A stretch of DNA of 64,000 nt from Octopus vulgaris (GCA_951406725.2 OX597836.1:29760001-29824000); one strand, 5' to 3'; positions 24,021 to 37,629 are shown, counted from the first letter of the stretch. The notes: generated from the sequence alone by a model not told the origin. Translations and numbers: made by a program.

Positions 24021-25336
24021 TAATAATAAAAATTATTATTATTATACTTGCATTTGTTTTAATGTTAACATTGAAAAAAATCAACATTTTTCATAAAAAA
24101 AACTTGGACTTGGGTTTGCACCTCCTAAGCAAATTTTGTTGCTGGGTCACCGAGTAAGAGAGGGAGAGAGAGAGTGTGTGTGTATGTGTGTGTGTGAGAG
24201 TAAGCATGTGATTGTGTCTATTTGTCCTGACATTGTGTAATAGTTGTACATGATTGTCAGTCATATAGGCAATGTCATTCACTTCCATTATTCGGCAAGA
24301 GCATGTTCTTTGGTCATGGGGGAAATATTACTTTACTTGGAAACAGTTGAGGGCTGATGAGAGAAAGGGTATCTGGCTGTAGAAAATCCGTCTCAACAAA
24401 TTCCGTCCGGAAAAGTGGACGATAAATGATGATGTTTACCTGTGCATCGCAAAATCATAAAAGAGAACTGTGGTACGGTGTGATTTGAAGGAGATTTGAC
24501 TGCTATTTCGAGTAGGTCGAGCGATTGCATAAAAGACCCCTAGTTAGCTTGTCCTCTTTTCCTTTTTTTGATGCGGTGGAATGAACATTTTGATCAGGAA
24601 CAAAACTTAAAGAAGGTATTGAAATTCACAATAGAAGGAGATAAAGAAAGACTCATCGTTTTATAGAGCGCCCTCTCAACTAAATGGAATAAACTATATC
24701 TCTTCATTGTCTATAGCTACAGGACTTCCATTGCTGTAGTTTAGCCCCAAGTCAGCCTTGATCGAGCAGACTTATGATCCGTGATCATCCCGTCTATGTT
24801 ATTTTGGCAGTAGAACAATTATCCAACGTGTCCTTATTTTATAGGTCGATAAGGTGAATTTTGAAGGAGATTTGGCTGCTATTTCTAGCAGGCTGCATAA
24901 CACTACAGAGGCCGCCTCGTTGCCCCTTCGGATACGAATATCGGAACTTTCGCTAATTACGTTACTTCTGGTTCCCTATTACCTGGGCCAGGTGTTACTC
25001 CCACTTTTGCTTTTAGCTCTCGTTGTTTGCCCCAGGGCTCAGCATTACGTAAACTAATGGAAATTGCAGAGTTTTCGTTAAAATAGAGAAAAAAAAAACT
25101 TACTCTTTCATGCCAACGTATTACATAGGAGTATAAGAGTCTTAGTATTGTTTAAGTTTTCCAGAAGCAGGGAGTATACGTTTCTCTTCGAAGAGAAACA
25201 TCCGAATGATAACGAATATCTATTTTCTTTTTACACAAACAAAATTTAATGTTTTGGTTTTATATTTTTTGTTTGTTTTACGATAACAAAAGGACGAGCT
25301 GTACATGTATACAGGACATTTAGTTAAATATTATGC

Positions 25337-25377
<41 letters not shown>

Positions 25378-25878
25378 CTTCGAACAAACAATATCTTTTA
25401 TTATTAATTTCAGCAAGAATATATTTCTTACCAAATGTTACGTTCCTTACTTTTGGTTTTAAGGTTTTTAGGTAAAACCCCGAAGAATACCGTACAAATT
25501 CCACACCATTTCTGTAGATGTATATCGTCATTGAGAGACATATGTTCGTTTATAATCGTTACATGTCCTTCAGAGAGCACCATACATTCGAAGTCATTTG
25601 TGTGTACTGTTTGTTTCCTTAGTATAAATAGCAAAGGTTGTAAATAAGATTAAAAGAAAGAACATAAAAAACAAACAGCAAAACGTTTCCACTTATTTAT
25701 TTCTTGTTAATATGATCCTTGATAACTTTGCTTTTGTAATATTGCCAAACATTATTCTGGTTTCAGAAGAAATATAACACATTGCAGTCTGTAAACAAGA
25801 TCAGATCTTAGTCCAATAACAAGTAAATTACATTGTTTTTATTCAATGCCACGGGAACGAAAACAGGGTGGGGAGGGC

Positions 25879-25879
25879 A

Positions 25880-25976
<97 letters not shown>

Positions 25977-25977
25977 T
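25879..25977. repeat. (TA)n(GA)n microsatellite
   Basis: Direct inspection. Confidence 0.95.
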
Positions 25978-27568
25978 ACTCACTTATACATACGTCTGTA
26001 TTAATGTTTGTTTTTTAAGTTGAATTATAATAAAAACAATTTTACATTGAACCGAAGGATTATTCAGTACTTTTTGTTGAATATATATTATTCTTCAACA
26101 AGAATAGTGTTGATAGTGACTTCGAAGTTTCGGCCAGTTTAGTTTTCGTGTGTGTGTGTGTGTAGACGTTCGATATATTGCCCATATTTATTTTAAAAAG
26201 ATAATACTAATTGATTGTAATTATACGGTAAACAAGAACTTGAGGTTTAAGTTCGTTTAACACCACGTCAGTGTTGTGAGATTTCGGGTGAGGAAAACAA
26301 TACGAATTCTGTAACTTTTGATCTACTGACTTCTTGTATTCTTTGTACTCAGTTCTAGTGGAGTTGGGTTAAAACAATAATATTCTCAGAACAACAAAGA
26401 TAAATTTAGAAAAAAAAATCGAAGAACAGCGATAAGCTAAATAAAAATTTAAACACTCATGTCTACGCCCTTTCAATTAAGGTTGGGTTAGGTTAACAGG
26501 TAGGAAAGTAAGCATTTTTTGGTTAGGTAAAACAACAACAATAAGAAAAACGACCCTTCCTAGAAAAGAGGGGATCCGTTGTGTAAGACGAGTGATAGAA
26601 AGGGTGAACTGTGTGAGAGGAATACCGTGAGATGTAAGAGATGAAGATGTAATAGAGAGATGGTCTGAGATGTGAGAGAGAGAGAGAGTATAAAGTGAAC
26701 CAGAGGAGTGGTGAGAGAGGAGAAGAGATGATGTAATACGAACGAGAGAGAGAGGAGAGAAAAGGAAAGGGTAAGAAGAATAGAGAGGTGGTGTGAATTG
26801 TATGAAAGATTATAGGAAGTGAACGAGAAGTGTGGTGAGAGGGAAGAGATGACGTAAAATGATTGAGAGAGTAAGGTTAGAGAAGGAGAGAGAGAGAGAG
26901 AGACAGAAAGACGGCGTGTGGTGTATGAGAAATATCTTCCTTTCCTTGAATACAGAGTAATGGTGAAAGGATTGGTGGGGGCCGCTCCTTGGATCCTCCA
27001 CAGAGAAAGAGGTAGTTAAATAGATAAACAGATAAGTCAGCACCAGTAGGTGACTCATACTTTATTTATCGACCTCTAAGCGATGAAAGGCAAAGTTGGT
27101 TTCGGTAGGATTCGAAATCAGAGAGCAGAGAGTTTGAACAAGGCATTATGACACTTTTACGACTGCCAATTCGCAGTCTTTAGAGAAAGACAGAGATTAA
27201 AGATTGTAGTCAGTACGCGAGAGAGCTCATGCGAGAGAGAGAGACCAAAATTTAGGACTGTTGTATGCTGTAGTAGTTAAATATAATTCTTCCTTTATTT
27301 ATTAATAACAATAACCAGTGCTTTTTCTCTGTCTCTCTTTTCTTTCTCGTTCTTCTCTTGTATGTATAGACGGAGAAAGAAAGAAAAAGGTAGAGAGATA
27401 GAGAGAGAGAGTGACAAAGAGAGAGCACTGGTTATTATCATTATTGCACGTATAGACAGAGAAAGAGAGAGAGAGAGAGGTAGAAAAAAAAGAGAAAAGG
27501 AGAGAGGGTGAATAACGAGAGAGAGAGAAAGATACAGGACTTACCCCGATCGCCTCGTTTTCGTTTCT

Positions 27569-27612
27569 GCCAATAATAGCCGTCAATGAACGTCACATGA
27601 CCTATATAAGTG
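27569..27612 (+). promoter_or_regulatory. Candidate core promoter: CCAAT, GTCACATGAC (E/M-box, CLEAR-like), TATA
   Basis: GCCAAT 27569-27574; GTCACATGAC 27592-27601; TATATAAG 27603-27610; lies in a visibly CpG-retaining region. Confidence 0.55.
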
Positions 27613-27631
27613 AAACACTTCCAGCCGTGCC

Positions 27632-27706
27632 ATCATCATCCAAAGTGAACTAGTTTATCCTTGAAACTAAATATCTGAGTCCAAGGGGGAGTTTTTTTTG
27701 GAACAG
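27632..27706 (+). other. Candidate non-coding first exon (probably of the ZFAND5/6-like gene)
   Basis: Starts ~30 nt after the TATA box, has no ATG and ends at CAG|GTAACA; the coding exon at 50982 starts with an acceptor and needs an upstream exon. Confidence 0.45.
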
Positions 27707-28156
27707 GTAACAACCACGAAAACAAACAGACAATACACAAACAAAACATATCGTCTCGTTATTTTCTACTGACGAGGAAAAATATTTTTTGGTCCTGTGT
27801 TTGTTTGTTTGCTTTCCTCTTCTCCTTTTTTATTCTTCGTCTCTGTATATACATATATATATATCTACCTACCTTGTATATTTCTTTTTTTTTTTTTAAA
27901 ACATCACAAATTGAAGGCAAGGTCTTTTTTTTTGCTTCTTTTTTTCTTTATTAATTTCCTAATTCTGCCGTGTGTGTACGTTGTGTATGGCGTATGTGTT
28001 TTATAGGGGTTTTTTTTTTTTTTTAATCATTGGACGTAAGAAATGGGTTTGTATAATCGAACGAACGAACGGTGAGAGAGATAATGTTTCAAAATGTAAA
28101 TGAATAATTAACAAATTTACTTTCGGAAGAAGGGCGACGACCGGACTAACTACGGT

Positions 28157-28166
28157 CGCCATTTTG
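28157..28166. promoter_or_regulatory. YY1-like motif CGCCATTTTG
   Basis: Consensus match within a CpG-rich patch downstream of the putative TSS. Confidence 0.3.
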
Positions 28167-28380
28167 ACATCGAGTACTGCAAACAAACATTAATATCCAT
28201 ACACTCACACACATATATATGCGTATATACCCACATATACATACGTATTTACATACATATGTATATACAGTATACGTGTGTGTGTATGTAATATATATAT
28301 ATACATATATCTAATATATATACGTATATCTATGTGTATATGTACAATGTATTTTTGTGTGTGCAAATCTGTTATGTGTG

Positions 28381-28417
<37 letters not shown>

Positions 28418-28931
28418 ATATACACTCGTTTATCTCTCACAAAATTCCAACTGTATGTTATATATATATGTATAGATGTGTGTATATATACATGTGTATA
28501 GATATATATGTATAGATATATATGTATAGATGTGTATATTTTATATATATGTATATATATATATATATCTTGCTCACTTAATCTATAAAAGCCAACTCCA
28601 TTATAAATATATATATAAATAAATAAATATATATATATATATATAATATGTATATATACACACAGAGGAATTCATGTGTGTATATGTACACTTGTATATT
28701 TCCTACAAAAGCCAAATCCAACTGTGTCTTATATATATTTTGATGTATATATGACTCTAAGTGTGTGAGGAAAAAACACATGTTTAATCATAAATATGTA
28801 TCATTCCGTTTTTGCTCGCAGTGTTATTTATTATTATTTTTTTAAAAATCCAGTTGTACAAACCACTTATTTATATATATACATATATATATATATTTTA
28901 TTTAATGGTATCTGCAGAAGAGTGAATGAGG

Positions 28932-28966
<35 letters not shown>

Positions 28967-29287
28967 ATGTATATCCTTGTTTAGGTCCATTAAATAAAAG
29001 GTAAGTTAGTTGGTTATGTGTGAAAGGGGTGAATGTGTGTAGTTTATTTATTCAGTTTATTTCGCATGCGATATTTCGTCCTTTATATATAGTGAGAAAG
29101 AAACATGTATACATATGTGTGTGTGTATATATATACACATTTGGTGTGTGTGTCTAGATGAATATGTATCTTATGGATTTTGTGTGTATATATATATATA
29201 TATATTGTGTAGACATTTTCTTTCTATGAAATATAGTTCAAGAGAAACAGGAAATATTACATCACGTTAACGTTCATATACACCAGC

Positions 29288-29340
<53 letters not shown>

Positions 29341-29821
29341 CCTCTGTGTTCAGAGTTTTCTTCAGTGATGTGTGTTAAATGTAATCCGTATTTCTTCCAC
29401 CTCTTCTGATAGGGACGTTTTATCTTTTCTCTCTCTCTCTCACTCATACATAACACAGATTTACAGTTTTTTTTCCCTGGCCATATTTATTGCTATTTTA
29501 TTCAGTAATAATATTTCCCTTACTGTTTCGTCCTGTGTTTGTGTTGTGTTACCAAAAAAAAAAAAAAAAAAGAGAGAGAGATAAAAGCTATTATAGAGAG
29601 CTGTAGAAGAATTATAATATGCTAGGATTGTTATTTGCCTGTTTTCAAACATAAATATATGGCATTGCTAATAATTATGGACACCTTTTTTTAGCTGAAC
29701 AGATATATATACAAGCTGGTTGTTTCGTTGCTAATAAATAACTAGTCGTTCCCCCTACATAAGGAAATATTTCCTCCTGCTAGCTAGCCTTGCAAAAACC
29801 CTCCCCATTCTTCTCTACAGT

Positions 29822-29858
<37 letters not shown>

Positions 29859-30100
29859 AATTATATATAAAATAAACTGTTTCTCACAAGGAAAAATATA
29901 TAAAATTCAATCTGGATTTATTTTACTTTTTGATAGAATTACACATACAGAAATATATATATACACATATATATATATATATCTATAATCGCTTAGTTGT
30001 TTTGTGAACTTTCTACTTGTCGACGGTCCATATTTTTTCTTTCTTGTTTACGTAATAATAGTTTCCAGTGAAAAAGCAGCAGGACTGTGATCTCATACAG

Positions 30101-30139
<39 letters not shown>

Positions 30140-30266
30140 AGTAGTAGTGGTATTATTGTTATTTTATTACGAAATAAGCTCGAAGTTATACTTATATCTC
30201 CATCAACCTCGTTTTTACTTATATAACACTTTTTTTTTTTTTTTTTTGGTTAAAAGTCTCCGATCG

Positions 30267-30322
<56 letters not shown>

Positions 30323-30760
30323 AATCAGCTGTTGCGATTTTTCATTCTTTTAAAAATTTTGCTCTAGTTTTCAAAGATGAAAAAATTAGCAATTGGTTCG
30401 TTATATTTCGGAGTGGTGTAACTTTTTTAGATTTTCTGGTTGGTTTATTATTTAGGAGGAAAAAAAAAAAATCTCACTTGCAAAACAAATCAAAACAAAT
30501 ACAAAAAAAAAAAAGCCAAATGAATTTTCGTTAGATATTTTGTTAATTCAACCATCTGTACTGGTAAGCAAACTTATAATTTGTTCGTCCCCCCCTCTTA
30601 CTGCTACGTGTACACTTTATGAATTAGAAAACCTACCTTAATTCACTCAGGTTTCTTTTTTTTTTTATTATTTGTACTTTTATTGATGTGAACTCTTTAA
30701 TATTTCCTTTGTTGCTTTTCATTTTATTGTGCTTATGGTAAAAATCAGTATTTTGAATAT

Positions 30761-30832
30761 TTGTGTGTGTATATGTATGTGTATGTATATATATATATAT
30801 ACACACACACACATATACATATATATATACAC

Positions 30833-30863
<31 letters not shown>

Positions 30864-31153
30864 CACACACACATATATACATATATATACACACACACAC
30901 ATATATACATATATATACACGCACACACATATATACATATACACACACACACACACATATATATATACATATATACACACACATATATACATATATATAT
31001 ACACACACACATATATATACATATATATATATACACACACACATATATATACATATATATACACACACACATATATATACATATATATATATACACACAC
31101 ATATATATACATATATACACACATAAACATATATATACATATATACACACATA

Positions 31154-31196
<43 letters not shown>

Positions 31197-31197
31197 G
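30761..31197. repeat. Long compound (TA/CA) micro/minisatellite
   Basis: ~435 bp of repeated (CA)n(TA)nCA(TA)n units. Confidence 0.95.
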
Positions 31198-31560
31198 CGA
31201 TTAACTATATTATTTATTAATCGGCAAAAAGTTGCGTAGGCTCAAGAGCCAAGTGTTCTGCATTAAGTGCCAATGCACGAAACTTTCGGCCGTGGGTCAC
31301 TTTGTAACCTTACCGTTTCATGATGTTATATGTATGTAGAATATATATTGCCATATACTTCATTCAGTTGTAAATATCTTGCTCTTTTTTTTTCTTTTAA
31401 TCGAAATTATAGAATAAATATTTCAATATATCCATCCACGTAAAGAGTTTAAAATAACAAGCATGTATTTCCACTGTATGAAGAATTTCGAAGAAGCAGT
31501 TGAACATGGAGTTTGAACTGGGAGCTCAATGATATTCAATTGTAAATGACTAGAGAATCT

Positions 31561-31566
31561 ACACAC

Positions 31567-31653
<87 letters not shown>

Positions 31654-31680
31654 CACACACACACACACACACATACATAA
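31561..31680. repeat. (TC)n(TA)n(CA)n microsatellite
   Basis: Direct inspection. Confidence 0.95.
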
Positions 31681-32761
31681 TACACACGTGCTCGTGTTTA
31701 TGTGTATAGATGTTAAAAGCATAGATTCATGTGTCGTGCTTGTGTGTGTATATATATATATTATACACACACACACACACACATTTTCATGTTTCATACT
31801 GGCATAGGCTGGACCATGTATGTATGTAAATGTTTTTGTATGCGTATGTATAATTACACAGAAAGAGGGGGTAATATCTACCGAAGTCCTACCCCCACCT
31901 CCTGACTGTTTCCATGTAACTTTCATTTTAATGTAATTAATTAACTGAAATTTCGATACACATTTTAGACTGTGTAACCATTATGTGGGCAAGGAGAATA
32001 TTTTTATTTGAAGGACCATTCCCTCCCTTACACTGAGCTTAGTTAAATGCATATTTTTTAATGAAATTGTCTAGATGACTTTTTCGAAAGTGTAGATTAT
32101 AAATATCTTAGCAAAATATGGAAAATAAAAATTTTGGAACGAAGTCAAAAAAGACACACTTCTGTACGTTGATGGAATAGGGGTGGGGCGTTTTAAAGTT
32201 ATGAATCAGTCGGCGAGGGTGGAGGCACACTTTTTGAAGTTATGCTTGTGGATGTAATGAGTGCCTGGTTATGTATATACATGTTTATAAATATGTAATT
32301 ATACATGACTATGCATGCATGTGTGTATCTTTTATAAGATTTGTGTATATGTGTATGTCTATATAGTATTTATGAATCCATGTGTGTGTATATATATATA
32401 TATATAGGTGTATATATACATGTGCATATTTGTATGTATGTGTGTATATATAATACACATGTACACATGTGCAACTACATAACTATGCCTATGTATATAT
32501 GAATGTGTGTACATAATTTTATATAATATATTGTCTGTTTATAACACACATACACACACAAAAGATATTTCCCCATCACCAGACATGCTTTTGCTGAAGA
32601 TAAGACATGGACACTGCCTGCATGATGGTGGCATTCATCTACAACTATCAAGCCTTGTGAAGGCAAGGAGCCAAACACACCCTCATAGGCATGTATACTC
32701 ATACATGTTTGTGTTTATATATATGTATATACACATACATACACGTGTTTATATATATATT

Positions 32762-33012
32762 GTGTCGGTGGCACATAAAAAACACCATCCGAGCGTGGCC
32801 GTCTGCCAGCCTCGTCTGGCACCTGTGTCGGTGGCACATAAAATCACCCACTACACTCTCGGAGTGGTTGGCGTTAGGAAGGGCATCCAGCTGTAGAAAC
32901 ACTGCCAGATCTGACTGGCCTGGTGTAGCCTTCAGGCTTGCCAGACCCCAGTTGAACCGTCCAACCCATGCTAGCATGGAAAGCGGACGTTAAACGATGA
33001 TGATGATGATGA
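32762..33012 (+). mobile_element. RTE-tail element (young)
   Basis: Two GTGTCGGTGGCACATAAAA units, GGCGTTAGGAAGGGCATCCAGC core and (GAT)n tail. Confidence 0.85.
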
Positions 33013-33479
33013 CATACATACATACACGACAGGCTTCGTTCATTTCCTAACAAGCCCAATTACAATGCTTTAGATGCCATGCAAAGAGACAGGTTCTGAA
33101 ACTGTGATTTGGAATTGAACTTTTTAATCACAGAGCCTTGTCCTTGCTGTGTGTATATGTATATATTAATATATATCATCAACATTTAACTTCCATGTTT
33201 CATACTAGCATGGGTTGGGCCTATGGGTTCAAAGGCTGCGTCATGCTCCACTATTAGGAAGGGCAATAAAGCAAATGCTTTATTGCCCTTCCTAATTTTA
33301 ACCACTTTACAGCATGTATTGAGTGTTTTCATGCCACCAGCAGTAGTTAGGTCACCATGCAGCTTGCAATACCGTGTGACGGGCAAGATTTAATATCCCT
33401 TAAGAATACTGCACCCAAAGTCCATCTTATTTCTCGATGCAAAGAAGACTAAATAGATGTTAATGAAGGTGAAATTGAA

Positions 33480-33960
33480 CTCCCGATTAATTCCAATGAT
33501 GGCACACAGCTCAAGTAATTTGGGTCCTATGCTACTGAGAGTTGCATTGCGGGATTTTCTTAAATTAACATGTAATGAGCATCAGATTATCTGGCATTCA
33601 GATACTTCAAAAGTCAACAATACTTACTTCCTTCAAAGCATTCTTAATGGAGCTGAAACCTGAATTATGAAGGAGTTTCAAAATCACTTGATGGTACATA
33701 CATCAGATTTCTCCTGAGGGCTTGGAGCATCTCATGACACGGGCACAAGACCAAAGCAGAGATTTATGGACACCTGCAACCCATCTCTATTATGCTCTTA
33801 AAGCAGAGCAGTCTTTGTTGGCCAATACTATCCTACTGGATAGTAGGTTATAGCAAATATATTTTGGGGACTTCTATACCCTAAAAGAGGATGAATGCCA
33901 CTTGACTGCATTAATGTTATTAGTAGAGGGGACAACACAAAATTGAAGGCTTACCAGAAC
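33480..33960 (+). mobile_element. Decayed LINE RT C-terminal fragment
   Basis: QSILNGAET and HKTKAEIYGHL remnants resemble the post-RT region of RTE-like LINEs. Confidence 0.4.
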
Positions 33961-34559
33961 TAATGTGGGTAATAGATTCCTGATGCAGCATTGTGAGCCA
34001 CATCTTGGTACCAACGTGTGTGTGTATAATATGCATGTGCCTATGTATGTATATGTCTGTTTCATGTTTTCATGAGTTAAACAGAATTCATTGAAGTAGA
34101 TTATCTTGTTGCCATCCATCTTATTTTTTCAAGAAAGTTATTTCCTCATGGCCATCACAGAAGATTAGAAATGGACACTCACTACATGCATGATGGGGAA
34201 TTTGTTTATAACTATTACAGGATGTCAAGACACACGCATACACGTTTTATATTCGTTTACTTATTTGTAATTTGACTGTGGCCATGCTGGAGAACTGTCA
34301 GGTATATATATTTGATGGCTTTTTTGGTATGTCTACCAATTCCGATTACAATGCTTTGATTGGCCACCTGGTGCTATAGTAATGATGTCAGAGGTGTTGG
34401 GAAGGAGTAACACCTTTGATGGGGGGAATGTGTTGCACTCTTGGGGTGGTTTGTCTGCTTTGGTCTTTGCTTGGTACCCAACTCTTACCTGTGGTTCCAA
34501 GTAGCTCTTTGTATGTAGTAATAGACACACCTTGGTAAACTACCAGGTGAAGATAGCAA

Positions 34560-34930
34560 ATGAGTAACTCTTGGAGAGGGATGGAGACAGGTATCTTCTC
34601 TTCCTCATCTACACTTCACAATGAGTTGTTGCAGCTGCTTTTCTCTCTGTTGACCCAAGGTGTCTTCCTCAGTCTTCATATGTATAGGTAGGGCAAGCCC
34701 TGACTCACTAAGACATACATACCTGTTTTGCTACCCTCATCCGGTTTAGCCCACTGGTTGAAAGGATTTACCTGGGTGTGGCTGCTGTTGAATGCAAACA
34801 GCTACTAGGAGCCACAGGTGACTATTGGGTGGAGACTAAAGCAGATGAACCACCCTTATCTTGTCATTGGATGAAAATGGTTATGGACAAGAGTGATGTT
34901 GACAGTATGGAAGTCATCAGTCATCTCCAG
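34560..34930 (-). mobile_element. RTE LINE 5' leader fragment
   Basis: CACCTGTGGCTCCTAGTAGCTG...CAGCAGCCACACCC...GGGCTAAACCGGATGAGGGTAGC resembles RTE 5' leaders as I recall them. Confidence 0.45.
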
Positions 34931-37629
34931 GATGATTAGATGGTCACTGTTGCCTTGGCAGATGACGGTACTGTAGTAATATACACCTTCCCTAGGTGCC
35001 ATGGAGTGGTACTGAAGTCATATGCATGCATGTGGTTGGGGAACAAACTACTTAACCACTCTTCCATCTTTATGCTTGTGTGTATTCATATACACACATC
35101 GTCCCTCGTTGTTTTAGCATCTGCTTTTTCATTCTTGCATAGTTCAGATGAGAATATGTTGGAGCAGAGTTTCTATGGCTGAATGTCCTTCCCGTTGCTA
35201 ACCCCCTTCTTTCAAAAAGGGGTAATAATTACCCAGTCTGAACAACAAATAGCCCAAATATGCTGTTTTATACAGAGAACTGGGAACAAATGTCACCTGT
35301 ATGTACTTTTTGTTTACAAAGATCACCCAAAATGTCGAGGAGGTGGGACAGGCCTTCATAGTGGACTGTAAATAACACCATCAACAAACTATTGTTTATG
35401 AACCAGTGAGAGAAACAGAAATATGAATTCACACTCATATATATGGACTTTGAATTACCATTGACTAAATCCACTCATAAGGCTTTGGTTGGTCATGGGC
35501 TATAGTAGAGGACATTTGCCTAAGGTGCCACACAGTGGGACTGATCCCCCAAAGCGGCTATGGTTATTATTAGATTTTCCAGTAGAACCATTTATCTTGA
35601 CATTTACTCCACAAATTGCAGATGAAAAGAAGGACCATTCGTATGAGTCCTTTCTACACGTTACCTCAAGACTTTATTAGTATGACTGGTGATTTTAATG
35701 GACATGTTGGGCAGTGCTGCAGTGGTTTACATGGAGGTTAAGGCTTTGGTTCTAGAAATAAAGAAGGAACAAAGCTACTGGATTTCTGTGGTGGTATTGA
35801 CTTGTTCTGCAACACTAACTATAGGAAACCTACCAGCCACTTGATCACCAATGAATCTGGTTGGCACACTAGCCAGATTGACTACATTGTCACCAGAAAA
35901 TGTGGTAGATAGATGCTTATGAATGTAAAGTCTTTTCCTAATGGTGAATGTACTACCCAGCATAGATTAGTAGTTAGTGACTTCAGACTAAAAGCTAGAA
36001 AAGAATGGAAGCTTTAGCATCCTTCGAAGAGATTCAGGGATGTACTAGTTGAAGCATTTAATGAAGAGAAGGAGATAGATGTAAAACATAGAGGACAACT
36101 GGAAGTTCTTAAGGGACAACCTACTGAGGGCTAGTGCAAAGTTCCAGCCAAACCAAGGGCGATGTGGTAGTAGAGCAGCAACGTAGACAGCCAAAAAAGC
36201 AAAGCAGCAGCAGAGAACTAGAAGAGCCAGGTGGCTAGAAGAGAAACTAGAGACATGTCTATTTAGCAAGTGAAGAAGCAGAAAAGAAGAGGTTTGCCAA
36301 TGTCCTATGGTGTGAAGCGTAACGGCATGAGGTGTTCAGATTGGATGGCAGTATATCAAAGAAAATGATGTGGGAGAGAAGTGTGTACAGAAGGATGATA
36401 GTAAACTGCACTTGGTGCTTTACAAAAAGGTATGGAAGTGCTGTTATGAAAAGCTACTAAATGAGAATAAATGGGAGAAAGAAAGTGAACCTGATAGAGG
36501 GTCCAACCATTCTTTTTAAAAGCAGTTAGACAAAATAATTAAGAATATGAAGACAGATAAAACCCTGGTCCAACAGGAATTACTGCTGAAATGCTTAAAG
36601 TATCTGGAGTAGGACATGGCCTAATCGCCCATATAGTCAATCAGGTTGTATAGAAAGGTATATCCAACTACTAGTGTAGCAGTATCATAGTCAACTGTTA
36701 TAAGAGTAAAGGAGATGCCTTAAAGAGAAGTAATTACAAAGGTATCAATTAATGGACCAAGTTATGAAAGTCATAGCTCAATTAATTAGGAAGATAGTTA
36801 ATCTAGGTGATATACTTTTTGGTTTCATGTTAGGGAGAAGTGCTACTGATGTTCACTGTATAGTTGGGCAACCCTGGGAGAAGTATTTAGCAAAAAGTAC
36901 ACTGTTTTAGTATTATCCCGGAGTAAGCTTTTAACAGGGTGTCTTGGTCACTAAAGAAGTTAGGAATAGATGAAGGCAAGTGAGAGCCGTTCAAGCAATG
37001 TACAGGGATACTGTTAGTAAGGTGAGATGAATTATGTGTATGAGTAGGAGTTCATCGGGGTTCAGTCATCAGTCCCCTCTTTTTTTTATCATAGGCTTCC
37101 AGGCCATGACTTAGGAGTTAGCTCATGAGAGCTCCTTGATACTGATGACCTTGTTCTTATTGCTGAAACTCTAGTAAAATTAGAAATGAAATTCTAAATG
37201 TGGAAGTAGAACCTGGAATCAAAGGGCGTTTAAATTAATGTTAATCCCTTTGGGTAATTGACCTTGTTCAATATGTAGAAGAGGTATTGGTAGAAATTCC
37301 ACATGCTGTACTCAGTGTAAAGCATGGATACATAAGAGTGCAGTGAAACCATAGGAAGATTAGCAGAGAAAGTAGATTTTGTTTGTGGTAGATGTACAGG
37401 TGTAATAAACATTAAGAGCACATGGGAAATAGAATGCTCAGGACAATCCTGTTACCTGGGAGACGTAATTAGTAGTGGAGAAATATAGTTACTAGAATAA
37501 CTGTTACCTCTGTTGGTAACAAAAAGGCCTCCTTCACAGACTGAAAGGTAGATTGTATGATGCCTGTGTCTGAACAGCAATGCTTACAAGGTTGTGAAGC
37601 TTGGGCTGTGAATAGAGGACATGCTAGAG

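Noticed and set aside
25180-25200. Short perfect palindrome GTTTCTCTTCGAAGAGAAAC
   Set aside because: Too short to separate from chance; lacks a ribozyme core
30633-31239. Long ORFs in many frames ([12 protein letters not shown])
   Set aside because: Translations of dinucleotide repeats, not genes; the same applies to most ORFs in the track
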